From an uncultured Flavobacteriales bacterium (lineage in GTDB: Bacteria; Bacteroidota; Bacteroidia; Flavobacteriales_D; Parvicellaceae), in the NCBI GenBank assembly GCA_913030835.1, contig CAJWDP010000012.1:718-64717 (forward strand): DNA of 64,000 bases. The letters are read 5' to 3'. Numbering within the stretch: position 1 is the stretch's first letter; every line of letters starts with the position of its first letter. Under the pieces are notes generated by a model. It ran no database searches. It was not told where the DNA came from and was given only the letters and a program-made list of their open reading frames with translations. The position numbers and the translations under genes were made by a program. Shown piece after piece: positions 61,510 to 64,000 of the stretch.

Positions 61510-62276
61510 TCTTCAAGAAAACTAGTTAAAGGAGAGCTCGCTTGCGCGGTATCAAGAGCTCTTCCTAATCGCGATTCATACGCTATTCGACCGGCTTCTA
61601 CAGCCAATTTGAAAGCCATGCCCATTGATACGGGGTCATCGGAAACGGCAATGGCCGTATTTACCAAAACAGCATCTGCTCCAAGCTCCATAGCTCTGGC
61701 TGCATGGGACGGAGCACCAATTCCAGCATCAACTACTACCGGGACTTCAGCTTGTTCAATAATAATCTGTAAGAAATCTTCCGTCTTTAGTCCTTTGTTA
61801 CTGCCAATTGGGCTTCCCAATGGCATGACGGCGGCTGTCCCTACCTCTTCCAATCTCTTACACAAAACAGGATCTGCATGAATATAAGGAAGCACAATAA
61901 AGCCCCTATTCACGAGCTCTTCAGCCGCCTTTAGGGTTTCTATGGGATCGGGCATTAGATACTTCGGGTCCGGATGAATTTCCAGCTTGATCCAATTGGT
62001 TTCTAACGCTTCACGTGCCAATTCTGAAGCAAAGATTGCTTCCTCGGCTGTACGAACTCCCGATGTGTTTGGAAGCAAACTGAATTGATCGTGATTTAGC
62101 CTGCTTACAATATCGTCTGAAACCGATCGGGTATCCACTCGTTTTAATGCCACCGTAACTAATTCAGAACCGGAATTTAACAGAGATTCCTCCATCAGCT
62201 CAAGAGAGTTAAACTTACCCGTTCCCGTAAATAATCTTGAGTTAAATGTTTTTCCCGCTATCGTTAATTTATTCAT
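61506..62276 (-). CDS. thiG: Thiazole synthase ThiG
   Basis: [25 protein letters not shown] and [13 protein letters not shown] are present. Confidence 0.95.
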   Translation of the reverse strand: MNKLTIAGKTFNSRLFTGTGKFNSLELMEESLLNSGSELVTVALKRVDTRSVSDDIVSRLNHDQFSLLPNTSGVRTAEEAIFASELAREALETNWIKLEIHPDPKYLMPDPIETLKAAEELVNRGFIVLPYIHADPVLCKRLEEVGTAAVMPLGSPIGSNKGLKTEDFLQIIIEQAEVPVVVDAGIGAPSHAARAMELGADAVLVNTAIAVSDDPVSMGMAFKLAVEAGRIAYESRLGRALDTAQASSPLTSFLEE

Positions 62277-62279
62277 TAC

Positions 62280-62945
62280 CTAAAAAGTTTTATCCTGATC
62301 CAAGTGTATCTTTTCATTCCAAATTCCCATAATTTCTGCGAAAACAAGCGACGCCCGGTCATTCAAAATGGCATCCGTAAAATCCCCCGAGATAGCAATT
62401 CCAGAAACCCCTGTTTTCTTCAATCGTTTTATATCCTCTATTCGGATTCCGCCGATGGCTACCACCGGTATATCAATCCCCAGGACATCCAACGCTTCCA
62501 TCACTGCCATAATCCCATCATATTCTAAAATCGGACTCAGGTTTTTCTTGGTATTGGTAAAGCGAAAAGGTCCAAGCCCAATATAATCCGCTCCTTCATC
62601 CCTATGCCTTAAAATATCATCCAATGTATTTGCAGTCCCTCCAATGAGCATGCTGTCCCCCACTAGTCTACGTGCTTCCCCTATTGGCATGTCTTTCAAT
62701 CCCAAATGGATACCATCCGCTCCCAGCAGAACAGCCAATTCCGGATCATCATTAAGAATAAATTTTGCATTGTATTCCAAACACAACTCCTTAACCACCT
62801 TTCCCTCTTCAATAATCTTTGCACGCGAAACATTTTTCATCCGCAGCTGTACCCATTCCACACCTGCCTGGCAAGCACACCGAACTACGTCGGAATGATC
62901 CCACCCCGGCCGATGCTGCGATATGTATTGAAATGCTGCTGTCAT
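62280..62945 (-). CDS. thiE: Thiamine-phosphate synthase ThiE
   Basis: VQLRMK, GADGIHLG, DYIGLGPFRFTNTKKN and AIGGI are present. The gene sits inside the thi operon. Confidence 0.85.
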   Translation of the reverse strand: MTAAFQYISQHRPGWDHSDVVRCACQAGVEWVQLRMKNVSRAKIIEEGKVVKELCLEYNAKFILNDDPELAVLLGADGIHLGLKDMPIGEARRLVGDSMLIGGTANTLDDILRHRDEGADYIGLGPFRFTNTKKNLSPILEYDGIMAVMEALDVLGIDIPVVAIGGIRIEDIKRLKKTGVSGIAISGDFTDAILNDRASLVFAEIMGIWNEKIHLDQDKTF

Positions 62946-63328
62946 ATTGTTTTTCGTTTCATTTTTGACACCACAACCATAGACGATATTGAGCTGAACA
63001 AGTCAAGAACCAATGCGATCCCATAAGTCACTATTTGTCCGATAGAATATTCTTCAAGAATTAAATACCCAACAAAAAATGCAACAAAGCTGGCGATATA
63101 TGTGTATTTCGAAACCGGAACAATCATGTTGGGGTTATTTCTTTTCAAATCCAGCTGTTTGGCTCTGAACACCAGTAAGCACATGAATACCGCAAGAGTA
63201 CCAAAAACCCAGTTCACATTGAACCAGGGCCAATCCGAAAAAGCCCTCATCGAATCCAACAAAAGCACGGTCATAATGAGAAATGACAACAGGTTGGTCA
63301 GTTGATATATTCGATCAATATTTTTCAC
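62942..63328 (-). CDS. Small 4-TM membrane protein, paralogue B, embedded in the thi operon
   Basis: The 128-aa protein has four hydrophobic segments. Its start and stop overlap the neighbouring genes by 4 nt. It resembles the upstream 136-aa protein. Confidence 0.6.
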   Translation of the reverse strand: MKNIDRIYQLTNLLSFLIMTVLLLDSMRAFSDWPWFNVNWVFGTLAVFMCLLVFRAKQLDLKRNNPNMIVPVSKYTYIASFVAFFVGYLILEEYSIGQIVTYGIALVLDLFSSISSMVVVSKMKRKTI

Positions 63329-63735
63329 AGCTCTAAATCATCAATTATATCTGAGCTCACATGCCTAACACCCCGATTAATGATCAAAGACAACACCCAA
63401 GCCACAGTCTCAACAACCATTGCGAGAATAAGTAGAGGGGTTTCCAAAACATAGAAGCTCATAAAATGCACTACGATAGCGGCAATAAACAGTATGGCCC
63501 CACCGTAGTACAACGCTCTTACTAAGCTTGTTTCAACTATTGGATTGATCAGCTCTGTATCCATTTTCTTTGCCCAAATGCGCAATCCATAATTCAGGCC
63601 TATTACAGGCAATATAATGTACAGGAGATTGACAGATAACAGCTCGGCCCAGTTCAATATCAGATTTAAAGAATAACCCACCAATACAATCAGTGCAATG
63701 CCATTTGTTATGTGGTAAAGGTTCCTTGCTTTCAT
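63325..63735 (-). CDS. Small 4-TM membrane protein, paralogue A, embedded in the thi operon
   Basis: The 136-aa protein has four hydrophobic segments. It overlaps the thiD stop and the start of paralogue B by 4 nt each. Confidence 0.6.
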   Translation of the reverse strand: MKARNLYHITNGIALIVLVGYSLNLILNWAELLSVNLLYIILPVIGLNYGLRIWAKKMDTELINPIVETSLVRALYYGGAILFIAAIVVHFMSFYVLETPLLILAMVVETVAWVLSLIINRGVRHVSSDIIDDLEL

Positions 63736-64000
63736 GATTCGTGATAAGCCAATAGCGATGAATTACTCAACAATCTCATTTCCGTATATCTTTTCGCCCT
63801 CAGGCATGCCTTTATTTCCGGATAGCCTAACGCAAGATTCGCCACAAAAGCACTAGAAAAAATACAACCGCTACCATGCTTGGGCAAACCGATTTTTCTC
63901 GGTTTAAAGGAGCTGACTTTTCCTTCTTTTATTAAATGGTCCCGCGCCAACTGATCTGAATGACCTCCTTTTAGGTAAACTCGGGTCAAATGGGATATTG
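63732..64000 (-). CDS. thiD: Hydroxymethylpyrimidine/phosphomethylpyrimidine kinase ThiD, C-terminal part. The 5' end lies off the right edge.
   Basis: LKGGH and GLPKHGSGCIFSSAFVANLALG correspond to the ThiD HGTGCxxSSAIAA motif region. Confidence 0.8.
   Translation of the reverse strand, partial: ISHLTRVYLKGGHSDQLARDHLIKEGKVSSFKPRKIGLPKHGSGCIFSSAFVANLALGYPEIKACLRAKRYTEMRLLSNSSLLAYHES

Noticed and set aside
61492-61881. 129-aa ORF antisense to thiG
   Set aside because: It is a shadow ORF. Its Ala/Ser/Thr-rich product is typical of the reverse frame of a Gly/Ala-rich TIM-barrel gene.

Overview
This window is an AT-rich stretch of core chromosome from a Bacteroidota genome, most likely Flavobacteriia-like. 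The phylum call rests on the gldK-gldL-gldM-gldN core of the type IX secretion/gliding machinery preceded by a PorP/SprF gene, T9SS C-terminal sorting signals, TAnnTTTG -7 promoter boxes and the near absence of Shine-Dalgarno sequences. Almost everything is densely packed housekeeping. It includes the dnaX 3' end, monomeric icd, rsmD, coaD, pyrE, birA, rsfS-ftsH-cdsA-psd and a DEAD-box helicase. It also carries dtd, rsgA, a gldA-like gene, metK, der, era, an initiator tRNA-fMet, an ABC-F ATPase, topA, miaB, a sigma-54 activator, lptE and secG. The right-hand part holds groES-groEL, a two-component pair, ahcY, a PPTase-GGGPS cluster and a thiD-thiE-thiG-thiH operon. I found no CRISPR array, transposase, integrase, phage genes or recognisable defence island. 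I therefore do not claim a clear novel multi-gene system. The observations most worth a second look are these. (1) dnaX is broken by an A10 run at the gamma/tau junction, and the 0 frame reads it as the E. coli A AAA AAG slippery heptamer. (2) Two translationally coupled paralogous 4-TM proteins sit inside the thiamine operon. (3) A 240-bp ORF-poor unit with its own strong terminator lies after tRNA-fMet. (4) GldM is enlarged and carries a His-rich insert. (5) Several intergenic repeat motifs and apparently leaderless promoters are present. All function calls come from motif and family recognition by eye; no searches were run.
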